From: Asterias rubens
Taxonomy: Eukaryota
Reading direction: 5' to 3'
Assembly (NCBI RefSeq): GCF_902459465.1
Contig: NC_047066.1
Span: 2,232,001-2,296,000, forward strand
Length of the DNA: 64,000 nt
The notes below the pieces were generated by a model. That model searched no databases. It was not told the DNA's origin and saw only the letters and a program-made list of their open reading frames with translations. Below are positions 38,456 to 51,751 of the stretch, one piece after another. Within the stretch, counting starts at the first letter, position 1. The number at the start of each line of letters is the position of its first letter. A program made the translations under genes and the position numbers.

Positions 38456-40344
38456 TGTGATGACGTTCACCCCGGCCCACATTTATGTTTAGTTCACGCC
38501 CACTGGTCATGGTGATTATGTACACCTGGCTTTTCCATGAAGGTTAACATGCCCCCATGGTGGATGTTATGTAATAGTTAAGTATTTAAGGCACACCCAA
38601 CGTCGACTCGTGGTCTGTATCCTTCAGGTGCGCCACCGAGACGACGGTGCATTATTCGTATATTATTTATCAAGTATATTTTCTAGTATTTCATTTGAGT
38701 TGTGTTTAAATAAAACATCCTGTTGTGGGTCTACGTTTTCAAGAAGAAGAACGTTTAAGTTGTGTTTAATTGATAAGTTCGATCCCTTGGGCGGGATGGC
38801 TGTGGAGGCCAAACCGTCCATAACATATGGTGGAGAATCCGGCGCTGAACTCCCGGTGGCGCACCCTGCCGGTTGGCTGAAGGACGCAGATCCGCTTGGG
38901 GATGCAAAAGGTATTTAACTTTATACTTTATTAATTTGTTTTCTTGTATTCCCCTGGCGTATACTTTATTTTATTGTGCAAATTGTGTATTTTGATTATT
39001 ATGCCACATTGCAATTTTTATCATATTTCTATCATAATGGCGAGCAAATATGAATTGAAGTTTAGGGATACTTACTCTGGCACTGAAGATCTTTACTTAT
39101 TTTTGTGTAGACTAGATAGTTATAGTAAACTGCGAGACTTTGCAGCCGAGAAAAAGGTTCTGTCACTAGGTTTACGTTTGACTGGCCCTGCTGCTCTATG
39201 GTTTGCTGATTTGCCCGATAGCGAGAAAACTGACTACAAAACAGTCACTGATGCACTCAGACTTGCTTTTGAAGGTGATAGTGTACGATGGGTTAGAGAA
39301 GCCAAACTGGCCGAGCGTCAGCAAGGCGAAAACGAGTCCATTGACTTATATTTCACAGACATAGTGCATCTCAGTAGACAATTACACCGATCAGACAACG
39401 AACAGATGGCACGGTTTGTTCGCGGTCTAAGACCGACGCTAAAAGCGTTCGTAATTTCCAAAGAACCTGAAAATATGGCTCAAGCGATCAATTTTGCACG
39501 TCTTGGTGAAAGCGTAGACAAAATTTGCAAACCACCAGCAATTCAGAGCATTGAACAAAGTACATGTATTAAAGATGAGGTCACCACTAAACTTGACAAT
39601 TTGCAAACCCAGGTAGATAATATCGTAAGCCTGATAAATTCCAGCAAACCAGTACCAGTTCAACCACAGCAATTCTTTCGCCATCGCTCAAATCGAAGCC
39701 ACACTCAAACAGTGCAGATTTAATGGTGGTTGTAATCGCTGTGGAAAGTACGGTCATAAACAGGCAAACTGCTACTCTAAAGTTCACATCCAAGGTTATC
39801 CTTTAAACTGACTCAGCCGCCTACCGTGACAGGGGTTGGGGTTGGCGGCTGTGACGTTCAAAACGATGACCCCTTGAAAATTAATCTTGAACACAACAGT
39901 ATGATCTCTATTACCATTGGCGATGATACATTGAAATGTTTGATAGATACGGGTGCCACCAGTAACTTGATTTCTGAAAAATACTATAAAACCAATGTTA
40001 TTTTCAGACAGTTGCGTTTGTTGAAACCTAAATTTGACCATGCAACCACAGCCAATGGTGACAGTGTAAAGATTGTTGGATTTCTCAATGTACCTGTACA
40101 AATTTTAGGAGCACAATTTATGGTACCTTTTTATGTGACAAGTAAATTATATCAAAGTGTTATACTAGGGTCCGAGTTCCTAATGTCACAAAAAGTGTCA
40201 ATTGATTTTGGGAAATCTAAACTTCGCATTCATAGGAAAAATCAGTTGCGTACCTGTACTGAAATTACGGTACCCCCACGTTCACAATCTCTCTGTGAGG
40301 TCAGAATAAAAAATTACCTTCCCTCAGGTGTAATAGGTCATTGT
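38456..40344 (+). mobile_element. Gypsy 5' LTR (38456-38825), PBS, gag-protease, copy 2
   Basis: Copy of 27729-29617. Confidence 0.92.
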
Positions 40345-40783
40345 CAGGGCGTCGATGGGTGGGGGACGGGGGGGACATGTCCCCCCACTTTTTAGAGAGG
40401 GGGGGGACAGCATATCAGATGTCCCCCACTTTTTGATAGACTGTTCGTTAGAATTTCCTTACAATTTTTGTTAAAATAAAAGAATAGGCCTAGCGAACAA
40501 ACGGTGAAATGTTTTCTGCACTTTCATCTTTTTCTGATGGACCACGCGCAGAATGGTATTTTGGGTCTATTTCCGTTTCTATAGTACAGACAATAGACGA
40601 CAAGTTTCGTCCAAGACATGAACGCCAAATTAGCTTTCAAGTTATGCGTCGTTTGTTGTGTACGTATGCTTTAATGTGCGGTACACGATCCCTCCTCAAA
40701 GAAAGTGTGTGCGCACACGTGCAAATGTATTACATTTTGTTACAATCGCACAACGCACAAAATGTTAGTAAAATCAATTAAAA
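40345..40783 (+). mobile_element. hAT 5' end, copy 2
   Basis: Copy of 29618-30055. Confidence 0.8.
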
Positions 40784-41921
40784 CTAGACATTAGGTGTTT
40801 GTGAACAAACACAAAGCTGTTCCGTCTTCTTTTGCTTTGAATATGTGTTAACATTACCAAGGAGTCTATAACTGAAAAAAAGTTTGAAAAATGCTGTACA
40901 GTGTCTTGAGTTACGGTGCCACTTCATGGGGTCACGGTAACCTAAGGCTAATCTGTAACGCCCAATGAGTCTGTAACTGAAACAAAGTTAGAAAATCGGT
41001 TGTCTAGTTCTTGAGATATGGTGCCACTTCTGGTTGACCCGGAAGTAGAGGTCAACTTGGGGTCATGGATTTTCAAAGTTTATTTTTAATGCCTTAGGAG
41101 GATAAAACTGAACAAACATGATTGAAAATCGATTGTATAGTACTTGGTGTATGGTCCCACTTCCGGTTCACCCGGACGTAGAGGCAACATGGGGTCACGA
41201 GTTTTCACAGTCAATATTAATGTCAAGGAGTCTGTAAGTGAAAACAAATTGAAAATCGGTTGAGTAGTTCTTGACCGGGTTGACCCGGAAGTAGAGGTCA
41301 AGTTGAGGTCACGGTTTTTCAAAATTGTTCTCCTATCCCCAAGGAGTCTTATAACTACAAACAGTCGACATTCTTAAAGAAGAATGTCGTCTTCCTGTGA
41401 TAATTTATCTCGGAATGTCGACATCCTAAAAGTAGGATGTCGTCTTGCTGTGATAATTTATCTCGGTATGTCGACATCCTAAACGTCAGTTGTCATCTTC
41501 CTGTGATAATTTATCTCGGGAAGTCGACATTCTAAAAGAAGAATGTCGTCTTCCTGTGATAATTTATCTCGGAATGTCGATATCCCAAAAGTAGGATGTC
41601 GTCTTGCTGTGATAATTTATCTCGGGAAGTCGACATCCTAAAATTAGGATGTCGTCTTCCTGTGATAACTTATCTCGGGAATTAAGTTGACATCCCGAAA
41701 GTAGGATTTCTTTTGTTGAAAGGATTTTACTTGTATACGTTTTGTTAACTAGTATTACATTTCCAACAATATTTATAATATTCATGGTCATAAACTACGT
41801 TAAACTAAAATAATGGACGAAAAAAAAAGGTCCCACGTAAAACTCCATAAGGTTTGGAACATAATGGTCCCGCAAGTTCAAATACACGCGAGACTTGCTT
41901 AGTCTGCACAGAAGGTAATAA
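40784..41921 (-). mobile_element. HINE-like element with 53-bp array (41364-~41712), copy 2
   Basis: Copy of 30056-31194. Confidence 0.55.
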
Positions 41922-43478
41922 ATAATTTATTACAAGCAAATGCAATCGTACAATAATAGAAAACAAAAACTAAAAATCAATGCAAAACACATGTAGGGGA
42001 TGGAGGAGCCCATAAAAAGCAAACCTTAACGAGTACGGACCCCCTCCCCCCTTTTTTTGTAACGAAGAAAGCAATGTAAGCAATTCTATTTAGTGGGTGT
42101 AATCTTATGTAGCGGCAAAACAATTCAAACTTACAGGAAGAACAAACACAAAAACAGTTAGCGTAAAATAAAACTTAACCATATATTTAAATGAAACAGA
42201 TAAACAAAATACCCAAAATAAATACTAGAGAAATTGGGCCCCACAACTCTTGCTGGGAAAAAAACCATGTCTAGACGTTTTGTAGTCACCTTGGTTGGGG
42301 AGCGAGGACGATTGCACTTTTGGTATTGTCATTGTTAAACTCCGGCTCTGAAGTTGTTTATTGGGTGGTGTTGCAGTAGTGCAGGAAGTGAGATCAGAAG
42401 GCAAGAACACCTATTTTCTTGTGAATACTTAAGTATCTGTAGGCAAGAACACCTATTTTTCTTGTGAATATTTAATTAGCTATGCCTTGATCATTTACTG
42501 CAGGGACAAGATTGTAATGCTTATAGGTTGAACCCCTGTTGAAATGAGTTATTGTGTATGCATTTAAAGGTGTTTGTTTTATGAAGTTTATTCTTTGAAC
42601 CATTTTTGAACCGGATTTAGAGATCAGTACATTTAATTTGGTTATTTGTTAGAAGTAAGTTTGAGTTTTATGCATTACATCTTCAGTAAAGTAAGTACAT
42701 GTATATAGTTTTAAGATTGACAAGTACTTAATGTTTTGATAATGGTTGATGTAACGTGATTCTTATACCAGTGATGACCAGTAACAGACATTAAATGAGT
42801 TTCTTCTAGATATATATCGTGACAGTGGTTTTTCATTATTCTTTACAGTGGTCATCAACCCGATTTTAATGTGCTCCGTTTAGATTGCCAGTTTGGTAAT
42901 TTGGCGGGTGCAACAGTACGTCTGTTGGAAGAGGGCGGGGGAACGCCAAAAAATGTAGGGAGTATTAGTAAAAAGGGCTGGACAAATAATACGGAAAGGG
43001 GAAGAAAAAAAGGGACTAATGACATTAGAAAGGGAAAAAATAAACTGGACAGAGAAAAATACACGAAACGGAGAACCACCTGACTGGCGAGACCCGCGGG
43101 GAACAGGACAAGTTATGGGACGGCAAAAAGTGCAAAGAACAATTCACGGACGGGATGATGGGAAGGAGGCACGGGTTAGATTTTGGACGGGGATAGGAGG
43201 TAGGGGCACAAAGTGGTACGTCTGTGGAACGGGGGACGGGGGAACGGCAAAAATAGAAATGACGGGGAAAATGAACAGGGCTGGGGTATAGGTAGGGATT
43301 GAACAAAATCAAAAGGGACTACCGTGATATGGGACATGGGACAGGAAAATATTCAACCCTTACTCTATGATTCAACTGAATGGGGGGGGGATTAAGCCCA
43401 TAAAACGGGAAAAACCCCACAAACGGGACCCGCGCGAAACTGGAAAATATGAGTTATGGGCAAACATTGGCAAGCAAA

Positions 43479-43856
43479 NNNNNNNNNNNNNNNNNNNNNN
43501 NNNNNNNNNNNNNNNNNNNNNNNNNNNNNNNNNNNNNNNNNNNNNNNNNNNNNNNNNNNNNNNNNNNNNNNNNNNNNNNNNNNNNNNNNNNNNNNNNNNN
43601 NNNNNNNNNNNNNNNNNNNNNNNNNNNNNNNNNNNNNNNNNNNNNNNNNNNNNNNNNNNNNNNNNNNNNNNNNNNNNNNNNNNNNNNNNNNNNNNNNNNN
43701 NNNNNNNNNNNNNNNNNNNNNNNNNNNNNNNNNNNNNNNNNNNNNNNNNNNNNNNNNNNNNNNNNNNNNNNNNNNNNNNNNNNNNNNNNNNNNNNNNNNN
43801 NNNNNNNNNNNNNNNNNNNNNNNNNNNNNNNNNNNNNNNNNNNNNNNNNNNNNNNN
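43479..43856. other. Assembly gap (378 N)
   Basis: Run of N. Confidence 1.
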
Positions 43857-44362
43857 ACAAACAGTACAAGATACAATATTACCGTACTAAAGAAATATAC
43901 AGATAGAAGAAACAACGAATGTAAACTTATGACATCTTGAACAATTGTAAACCAATGATTGAATGAGACAGAGCACTGGCAATCAAGCAAGACAATTATA
44001 AAAACAGACAGGACAAGCCCATTCTAAGATGGCCACTCCATGATTAATAAAAGTGAACCTAACCACTGTGACTCGAAAGCCTATCAATCCAATCTTAAAA
44101 TAGGAATAGAATCTTTAACAAACATTTAAAAACAGTAAAGATAAACTTTGGAAAATATAATAAATATTAAGAGCAAAATAAATATGTATACATGTATGTT
44201 AAGAAAAACCTATTTATATGTAGCAAGATTATTTGGAAGTGCACATTTGAGTTTAAAAAAGCTGACCTAAAAACAATGAACAAATGAGGAAATAAAAATA
44301 TAGAAATTAAGAAAAGGGTTAATCTTTATCAACAGATAAATTAAAAACAATTTGGAAAAACT

Positions 44363-47300
44363 CTACAGGTTCTGGAAGTGCTGACACAGGTATCTTTTAA
44401 AACAATTGTATGAATCGAGGGTGAGGGAGTTGCAGATATTTGTTGGCAGACCGCTCCAAACACGAGGGAAAGAATGAACTGAAGTGTTTTTTAGGCTGAG
44501 GGTTCTAGCATACAAATGGTTGAATACGAGTGTATCGGTGTGCCGGGTATTGACAGAGGTATTCAAGTTGATGATGTGACAATTAATTAAACCAAATAAA
44601 CAACTAGTGGTGAATTGCACAATGAGTCTTTGTCGTCTGGATTCAAGCGTTTGCCAGTTTAGAGTTTTGAGTCTGTCCTCGTACGACATTAATTGCACCT
44701 CGTTGTTGCCTAAGGAACATCCTCGTAGCTCTCCTTTGGACACGTTCAAGTTTTGCTGAAAGTGTTGTAGTATATGGGCACCATGCAGGCAGCCCACACT
44801 CAAGAATAGGTAATACAAGGGATCTGTAAAGGGACATTAATGCAGTTTGGGATGTTCCACCTGCCGTATGCCAGATGAAACCTAGAGTCCTATTTGCCTT
44901 GGAGACAACACTGTTGACATGGTCAGACCAAGTGAGGTTATGATTGATCACGACTCCAAGGTATTTGTAGGTGGCAGTTATTTTGAGGGAGGATCCATGA
45001 ATAGAGTACTCTGGAAGGGCTAGTGTTTTGTAGATCTGGTCATATGCATAATCATAGACTTATTGGTGTTTATTTTCATCCCATTGGCCACACTCCACAA
45101 GTCGATGGCATCAAGGTCAGCTTGCAAGGAAAGTTCATCTGCAGGGGATTTGATAGGTCTATAGATGAGGGTGTCATCAGCAAAGAGCAAACACTTGGAA
45201 TTGAGGGAATGGGAGATGTCACTGATGAATAAGTTAAACAGGAGGGGACCGAGTACACTTCCCTGAGGGACTCCAGACGATAAAGCTCCCTGGTACATAA
45301 CCCGCTTGAACCGGCCAGTCAAAAATGCTTTCAGCCAATACCAAGTTTGACCACGGATGTTAAAGTTCTCTGCCAGTTTGTTAAGGATTGTGTGATGATG
45401 CATAACATCAAATGCCTTGCTAAAGTCCAGGAAAGCAATGTCTATGCGAGGTGGACGGGGTTTGTCCATGATTGTAGCCCAGTCATAAATAGCATTTGTG
45501 AGCTGGGTGACGCAGGATTTATGTGCTGTAAATCCATGTGGTTCATCATTACCAAGACAGTTTGAAGAAATATGTTCATTGATATTGTTAGCGACTGCTC
45601 TTTCAAGGATTTTGCAGACAATGGAGGTTAAAGCAATTGGACGATAGTTTTTGATGTCGGTTAGGTTGGCAGATTTAAACACAGGGGTGATATTAGATAA
45701 TTTCTAGTCCAAGGGTAGGGAGCCGTGTAAGAGCGACAAATTCATCACACGTAATAGCGGTGGGGCGATGGAGGAGGCAGTTGAACGCAAAACTGTTGGT
45801 GAAATCCCATCAGGCCCAGGTGCCTTGAGAGGGTTGAGATTTTGCAGCGACTTTGTCAGCCATCCGAGTTCAATTTGAATTGGCGGTAGTTCAGGAATCG
45901 GTAAGGTACAGGATGGAGGCATTGATGGGCAAGATCCTAACTAAAACACTGCAATACCAGATTATGTACTTTCGGGGATAGAGCTTTTTCCGCCATTGCC
46001 CCAAACTTGTGGAACCAGCTGAATTTGTGTCTCAAGGAAACAGCAAGTATTGATGTTTTTAAATCCGGGCTAAACACCCATTTCTTTCGAAAGGCATTTT
46101 TATAACTGTATATTGTTCAAGTAGTTGTTGTGGTTTTTATTATCATTTAAGGTCTCTTGTAGCACTTATTTTCCATTCTGTAATTAATTATCGTTTCCCT
46201 GGAGTTTTAGTGAATGTCTCTTTTTACAATTTTATTTGGTCACAGCTGGTCTGTTTGTACAATCTCTTTGCAGTTTTAAATTGTGCCTACTCCTATTGTG
46301 TATTTTATATTTTTCCATTGCATATTGTTAATTTCTTTAATTGCTTGTCATTGTTCGCTTGATTTTGAACTTATTTTTATATCTTGTTGTTTTTGCTGAT
46401 TATCTAAATTTTTAATGTTTCTCTGTATTAGCGCCATGGAGCATTGTTTTCGATGGATATGGCGCTATATAAATTTTTACTATTATTATTATTATTATCC
46501 TGGAGGAGAATGAACTGAAGTAAAAAATTCGTTGAATGCCTGAGCGATGGCACTAGGCTTGTGAAGAAGTTGGTCAGCATGCTGAAAGGTTGGTGGACAT
46601 TTAGATTTTCGCTGGTCTCTGACAAAACACCAAAAGCTGTGCTTGTTGTCTTTTTTTGCAAAAAGACCGTTGACATACTTCCAGTAGGCTGATTTTGTTG
46701 AATATTTCACTTTATTGCGTATTTGTTTGTAATGGAGCCGGAGTGTTTGGCTTTTGAGAACAGTTTGTGCTTGAGGTGAATCAGCTTTTTCAGTTCATGG
46801 GTTATCCATGGAGAGGCTTTATTACGACAGCGCTGTTTAGTTGGTATGCTGTCACGAATGGCAGCATGCAGGATATCCAGAAAGCCTTCCCATGATGCAT
46901 TGGGATCAGCATCATCCATGAAGGCCGACCATGGTGCAAGGTGTAGAAGAGTTTCCAAATGAGTCATGTCAGCTTTCCTGTATTGAAGATATGATCGGAT
47001 GACTGCTGGTGGTGGAGGGGCTTTGTGTGCACTGAATGTAAAGTGTACAGCATGGTGGTCACTGCTGACTGGATTTGCAAAGGACTCCACTTGGGCAAAC
47101 TTTTCTGGCCGATTTGTAAATAATGAGGTCAATTGTGGACCCTGATGAGGACGAGTTGTTTGAAGGTCGCGTTACATCGTTAACTATCTGTGTGAGTTCT
47201 AGAGAGTTAGCGATTTCTTGAAGATGCGCAGTAGATGCAGAATCATTCTGCCAATTTATATTGAAATCTCCAAGTAGAATAACACCTTCGTAGTTATGAA

Positions 47301-48552
47301 GATGAGGTTGAACTGAATCACATGCATTCTGCAGCTTGTCAAAAAATGCGATGTCTGAGTTAGGAGGTCTGTAGAGAAGACCAACCAGCCATTTGGAAAT
47401 CTTAAAAGGACACCCAAGTAAGTTCAATGTCCATAGAGTCAAACTGATCAAGGTGGACTGGTTGTAATTGATCATTGACTGTTAAATAATGCCACCGCCT
47501 CGACTGTCTCGATCACGCCGAATACTTGTGTAACCGGATATGCAAGAAGAAATTGTGTCAGTGTGACTGGGTGACATCCATGTCTCAGTGACAAACACAA
47601 TGTCCATGGGGTTGAGTGCCAAGAACGATCGAAAATCTTGTTGTTTACTGCTTAAACTGCGGGCGTTAAACAGCAATCCAGAAATTGTCTTAGGAGAAAC
47701 ATCTTTGTGTTCATGTTGGTTGGAATATGCAGTGTCAGAAGATTCAAGTTGGTCAGTGGTGTGATTTTCAAAGACACTAAGGAATGAAGCATCACTACAA
47801 GAAGCAAATGGTAAAGATGCAGCTAAAGTACATCCAGGGCAAATCCAGTCAATGGTGCTTGTAATGAGTAATGTGTACTGAGTAACAGTCATGTCAGGAA
47901 TACATTTCTGATGCCAGTATAAATTGCAGTCCTCAAAAAGAAGAGATCTTTGATTACACTTAACGGGACGACTGCATTTACCACAGGGATCTTTAACAGG
48001 TCCAGGATTTACTTCTATATCTCCACAGACATTAAGATTGATGTTAAATGTAGCTGTGGAGTTAGGATAGTAGTTGACTTGAGCTTTGCCAAACTTACTG
48101 CGTCTGTGGGATCCATATATTGGTTTAATGTTCAGCCATATTTGATGCACACCAACATAGAGCTTGGTGCAGTGCACAGGGAGTTGAGATGAACAATGGC
48201 TGGCAGGATTTTGACAATGGCTGGCAGAATGCTGACAATGGCTGGCAGGATACTGGTAGTGGCTCAGGCTGGCAGGATGTTGGCAATGGCTGGCAGGACA
48301 ATGGGGTCGGTCAGGGGTGCACTTAATGATGCTACTGGCTTGCAAGACTACTTGAAGATGAAGGATTTTTGTTGGAAAAACACTCCAGATGTTACTTTTC
48401 TCAGCAGTCAATCTTTGAGAAAAGTATCCAGTATGATCAGCAACCACTAATCTAACATAAGTTGAGGAATTTACACTACTTTGAGGATCATAGACAGCAA
48501 TATTTGTGAAAAAGTTGAGAGCCAAGCAAAAAGCTTGTAGCCTAACAGCCAT
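44363..48552 (-). pseudogene. Decayed APE-type non-LTR retrotransposon (CR1/L2 group): 2A-like motif, PHD finger, endonuclease, RT
   Basis: Across several frameshifts: GDIEVNPGP, CGKC..HQKC..WICPGC, LLFNARSL, VTETW, LYRPP, LGDFN, IDLI, SDH, KAPGPDGI, NYRPIALTS, DFSKAFD, GVPQGSVLGPLLF and FADDT. C-rich leader extends to ~48850 and the probable 3' UTR runs toward the gap. Confidence 0.93.
45939..46496 (+). mobile_element. 5'-truncated L2-type LINE 3' end nested in the larger LINE
   Basis: Encodes FGDRAFSAIAPNLWNQL..FKSGLNTHFFRKAF*, then an L2-like 3' UTR ending (ATT)n. Flanked by ATCCT repeats. Removing it restores the host frame HSPPGSCPSMPP. Confidence 0.82.
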
Positions 48553-49476
48553 CTTGTAATGATGGGGATGGACGGGAGAGGCACGGAGGCGTGGGTTAGA
48601 TATGGGACGGGATAGGGAAGGGGGACACGGTGGGACAGAGGGTTGGGGAAAAAATGAACGAGGCTGGTGAGGGGGGAAAAAGCTAAGGGGTTTGAAAGCT
48701 ATACAGGACAGAAAATAATCGACTGAACTGGAACAAAATAAACGAAACGGGATATAAACGCTGGGACAGAACCACTATCGGGATCCGCTGGAAACTGGAA
48801 AATATGGATGGGATCGACAATGCCGAAACGGAAAAAAGATGGACAAGTGTACGATTTCACAAAGCACTAAGATTCGTCTTAACTTAGGATGGGCTGTTTG
48901 CCACAGTGATTTGTATTGTGACCCTGCCCAGCCACTTTAGCCCTCCCCTGTACACAACGCTACACTTTTTTACGTCGAGCTTTCTAGCGGGGTTGCCGCG
49001 CCAAGCGCGGCATCCCGCTAGCCTCTATAAGTTCCAACAGTCCCATCGCCTAACATCAAAAAAATCCCCCAACCCGAGCCGCGCCGTGCTCACTCTGGTG
49101 AGCCCCTGACAGGAGCTAATCGAACGACCACACTCGCCCTCTCGTGGTGACGGCATGCACCTCAGGTCACCCCCAACCAAGTGACCCACTCCACAAGCAG
49201 GCACTGGGGGCTGACCCGGATGAGCCCCGTCAAAGCTATTCTCACGTACCGGGGCAGACCGTACCGGAGTCGGCCCAGGGAAGCTAAACGAACGCACCCA
49301 TTATATCACAAAACATCGCATACAAATGATCGCATATTATTTTAAAAAATTATCAAAATTATATATATTAAAATCTATCGCATATTAAATTAAAAATTAT
49401 CGCATATAAAAAATATATTAACAAATTATCACATAGATAAAAAAAAAAATTGCAAATTATCGCACATATTATTATA

Positions 49477-49891
49477 CACATATTGACTGGCAATACGTGA
49501 CTAGTGTACGTCTATCCCCCCCCCCCCCGAGGGACTTTGAGTGAGCAGAAGAGCGACCTATTTATAGGCCCCTCTTCTGGCCGGTCACTCACAGGCCCGA
49601 GGGGAAATAGACTCACACTAGTTATCGCGCGCGCGTGTTTTGCGGGAACTCCGAGCGGGCACTAGTCTTTAAAAATAGTGCCCGGTTACAGCGCCCTCTT
49701 TTGACTTGAACCGTGAACAGCAACTACAAAACTTCCTTTCTCTTCCAGAAACACATATTGACTGGCATAATTCGGTAACTAGTGACCAAAAAAGGGGCCT
49801 ATTTCGGCCTCGGGAAATAGGTCGCTCTTCTGCTCACTCAAAGTCCCTCGGGGAAGACGTACACTTGTTACGTATTGCCAGCCAATATGTG
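49477..49891. mobile_element. MITE with ~85-bp TIRs and TA flanks (Tc1/mariner-like)
   Basis: CACATATTGACTGGCAATACG..GAGGGACTTTGAGTGAGCAGAAGAGCGACCTATTT is mirrored at 49816-49891. Confidence 0.8.
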
Positions 49892-50669
49892 TATATTATT
49901 GCATATATATTACATTTATTGCATACATAAAACGAATATCGCACTTGTGTGACAATAATCGCATTATATGAGAAACATCGCACATACATTGTACATTATC
50001 GAATTATTGCAACGTTTGACACGCCGTAGCCTCCGACCAACTTCTCCCTATTCCTAGGAGTGCAGTTCGGGAGAGAGCGAACCAGTGGCAGTGCCAGTAT
50101 TGTACTATTAGTTGCGTAAATTGTTGATTACGATTGTGTTGCTTTGATTTGAATAGCCTTTTTTATAATAGTTGTGACGAAGTGGCAGCTGGTAGAGCTT
50201 GGATGGCACAGCGTTCATGATCACGGAGATCAACGCTCTGAGTTGACCATTGTGGGGTTGACGAGTGTCATATCAGTTGAGCAGTCCAGCTAATTTGGAA
50301 ACTCGAATAGTGACACAGCAAAACAATCGGCGTGCTAGCGCGTGCATTTTGGTTACTAAAATTGGCTGGTACACGCCTGGATCGGTCCTCCGAGGAGTGC
50401 ACTCGGAAAGACAGGTTTGTTACAGGAATTGTGAAAGGGTTGTGAAAGGATTAGAGAAAGTGAGATGCCCAGAGGCAATTAAAGAGTTCTTAACTGTGTA
50501 GAGTCCCCTAATTTATGTTCTCCCGACCCCCAGTAGAGATATATCCAACTCTGCCCCGGAGAATCAGACAATCAGTAAACGATCCTGCATCCTTAGCCCG
50601 ACTGCTTGGACTTCTCCCCTAGACTCCCGGACTCGAATTAGTCTGGCGGGAAACCCGCCAAGCCACAAT

Positions 50670-51751
50670 ATCTCGCAACTTCGACGACCAATTGAGCTAA
50701 AATTGTCACAGGTTTGTTATTTTATGCATATGTTGAGATACACCAAGTGAGAAGACTGGTCTTTGACAATTACCAATAGTGTCCAATGTCTTTAATACTT
50801 AAAGAAAAACAATAACCCAAACTATGGAGGACCAAAAGTGGACAACACATTTCCCTAAAATCTGGTAGAGTAAATAAAACAGAATTAATTTTCAAATACA
50901 GTCCCTTTTCAAAATTTACAATTTCTGCCATTGGAAATTCTGTGTTCACATTCATCATAACACGGGTTGTTCACTTTCAGACCGCCGCGGCGGTAAGTGA
51001 ACGACGCAAAATATTTCAAAATGTCTAATAGCAGAACATTGGAAAGAATTTTTAATATGACCAATCCAAATTTCTACTAGCAGACAATTGGAACGAACTA
51101 TCCTGGAACCTAACACAGACCTCATGCAGATGACGTCATTTGAGTAGAAGGCTTGGCTAGAGGTACGTAAGGTTGCTCATTGGCCATTCCTGTGCGCTTT
51201 CCATTGTTTCAAGAGACACAACCCCCCCCCCCCCCCCCCCATTTCATTTCTTTGTAAAAGGTCGAAAACATTGGAAACTGAAAAAATTGTATCAAATTAT
51301 TCATTTTAATATTTCACTTGTTATTACAGGGAATACCTAATAAAGAAAAGTTTTTATTCTAAATACTAAAGAAGTTGAGTTTTCAAGGTTTCCTGTGCGC
51401 TTTCCATTGTGTACAGAGGAAGAGTCCTATATAGGGCTACCCCCACATATGCATAATATAACAAATCTGTGCAAATTTGGACTCTCAATTGGTTATTGAA
51501 GTTGAAAGAGAACAATGAATAAAAAAAAACACCCTTGTTGCACAAATTTGTGTGCTTTCAAATGCCTAAAAAAGGCTTCAGGCATGAAGTCTGAAAATTA
51601 TCCCTTTCTCAAACACTATGTCACATGTACTTCAGAGTGAGCTGTTTCTCACAATGTTTTATACATGTGTGTACTAGCAAGAGCTCTCCGAAAGCGAATA
51701 TGCTAACAGTTATTTTTTGAGTTAATTACCAATAGTGTCCAATGCCTTTAA
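50670..51751. repeat. Two fragments (50670-50795 and ~51445-51751, opposite orientations) of the TTAA-flanked repeat seen at 63352
   Basis: Shared CACAGGTTTGTTATTTTATGCATATGTTGAGATACACC and terminal GTGTCCAATG(T/C)CTTTAA. Confidence 0.7.

Larger units (their letters stand above)
31659..42389. repeat. Tandem duplication B, copy 2
   Basis: Ends at ...GCAGGAAGT|GAGATC. Differs from copy 1 by a few SNPs in its first 1.5 kb and by homopolymer indels. Confidence 0.97.

Noticed and set aside
1-42389. Duplicates as ordinary allelic haplotigs placed in tandem
   Set aside because: The divergence seen is only a handful of changes per 10 kb, and there is a defined microhomology junction. An assembly artefact of another kind is still possible.
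43367-43990. Five long ORFs of 144-179 aa
   Set aside because: They are artefacts of translating the N gap.
48984-49021. GC-rich hairpin bounded by CTAG as a Helitron 3' end
   Set aside because: CTAG is part of the stem rather than ~10 nt downstream, and no matching 5' end was found. It is probably a MITE remnant.
50173-50710. Solo LTR (TGTGAC...GTCACA)
   Set aside because: The right-hand GTCACA belongs to a different repeat family (compare 63640-63660), and no target duplication fits either candidate end.
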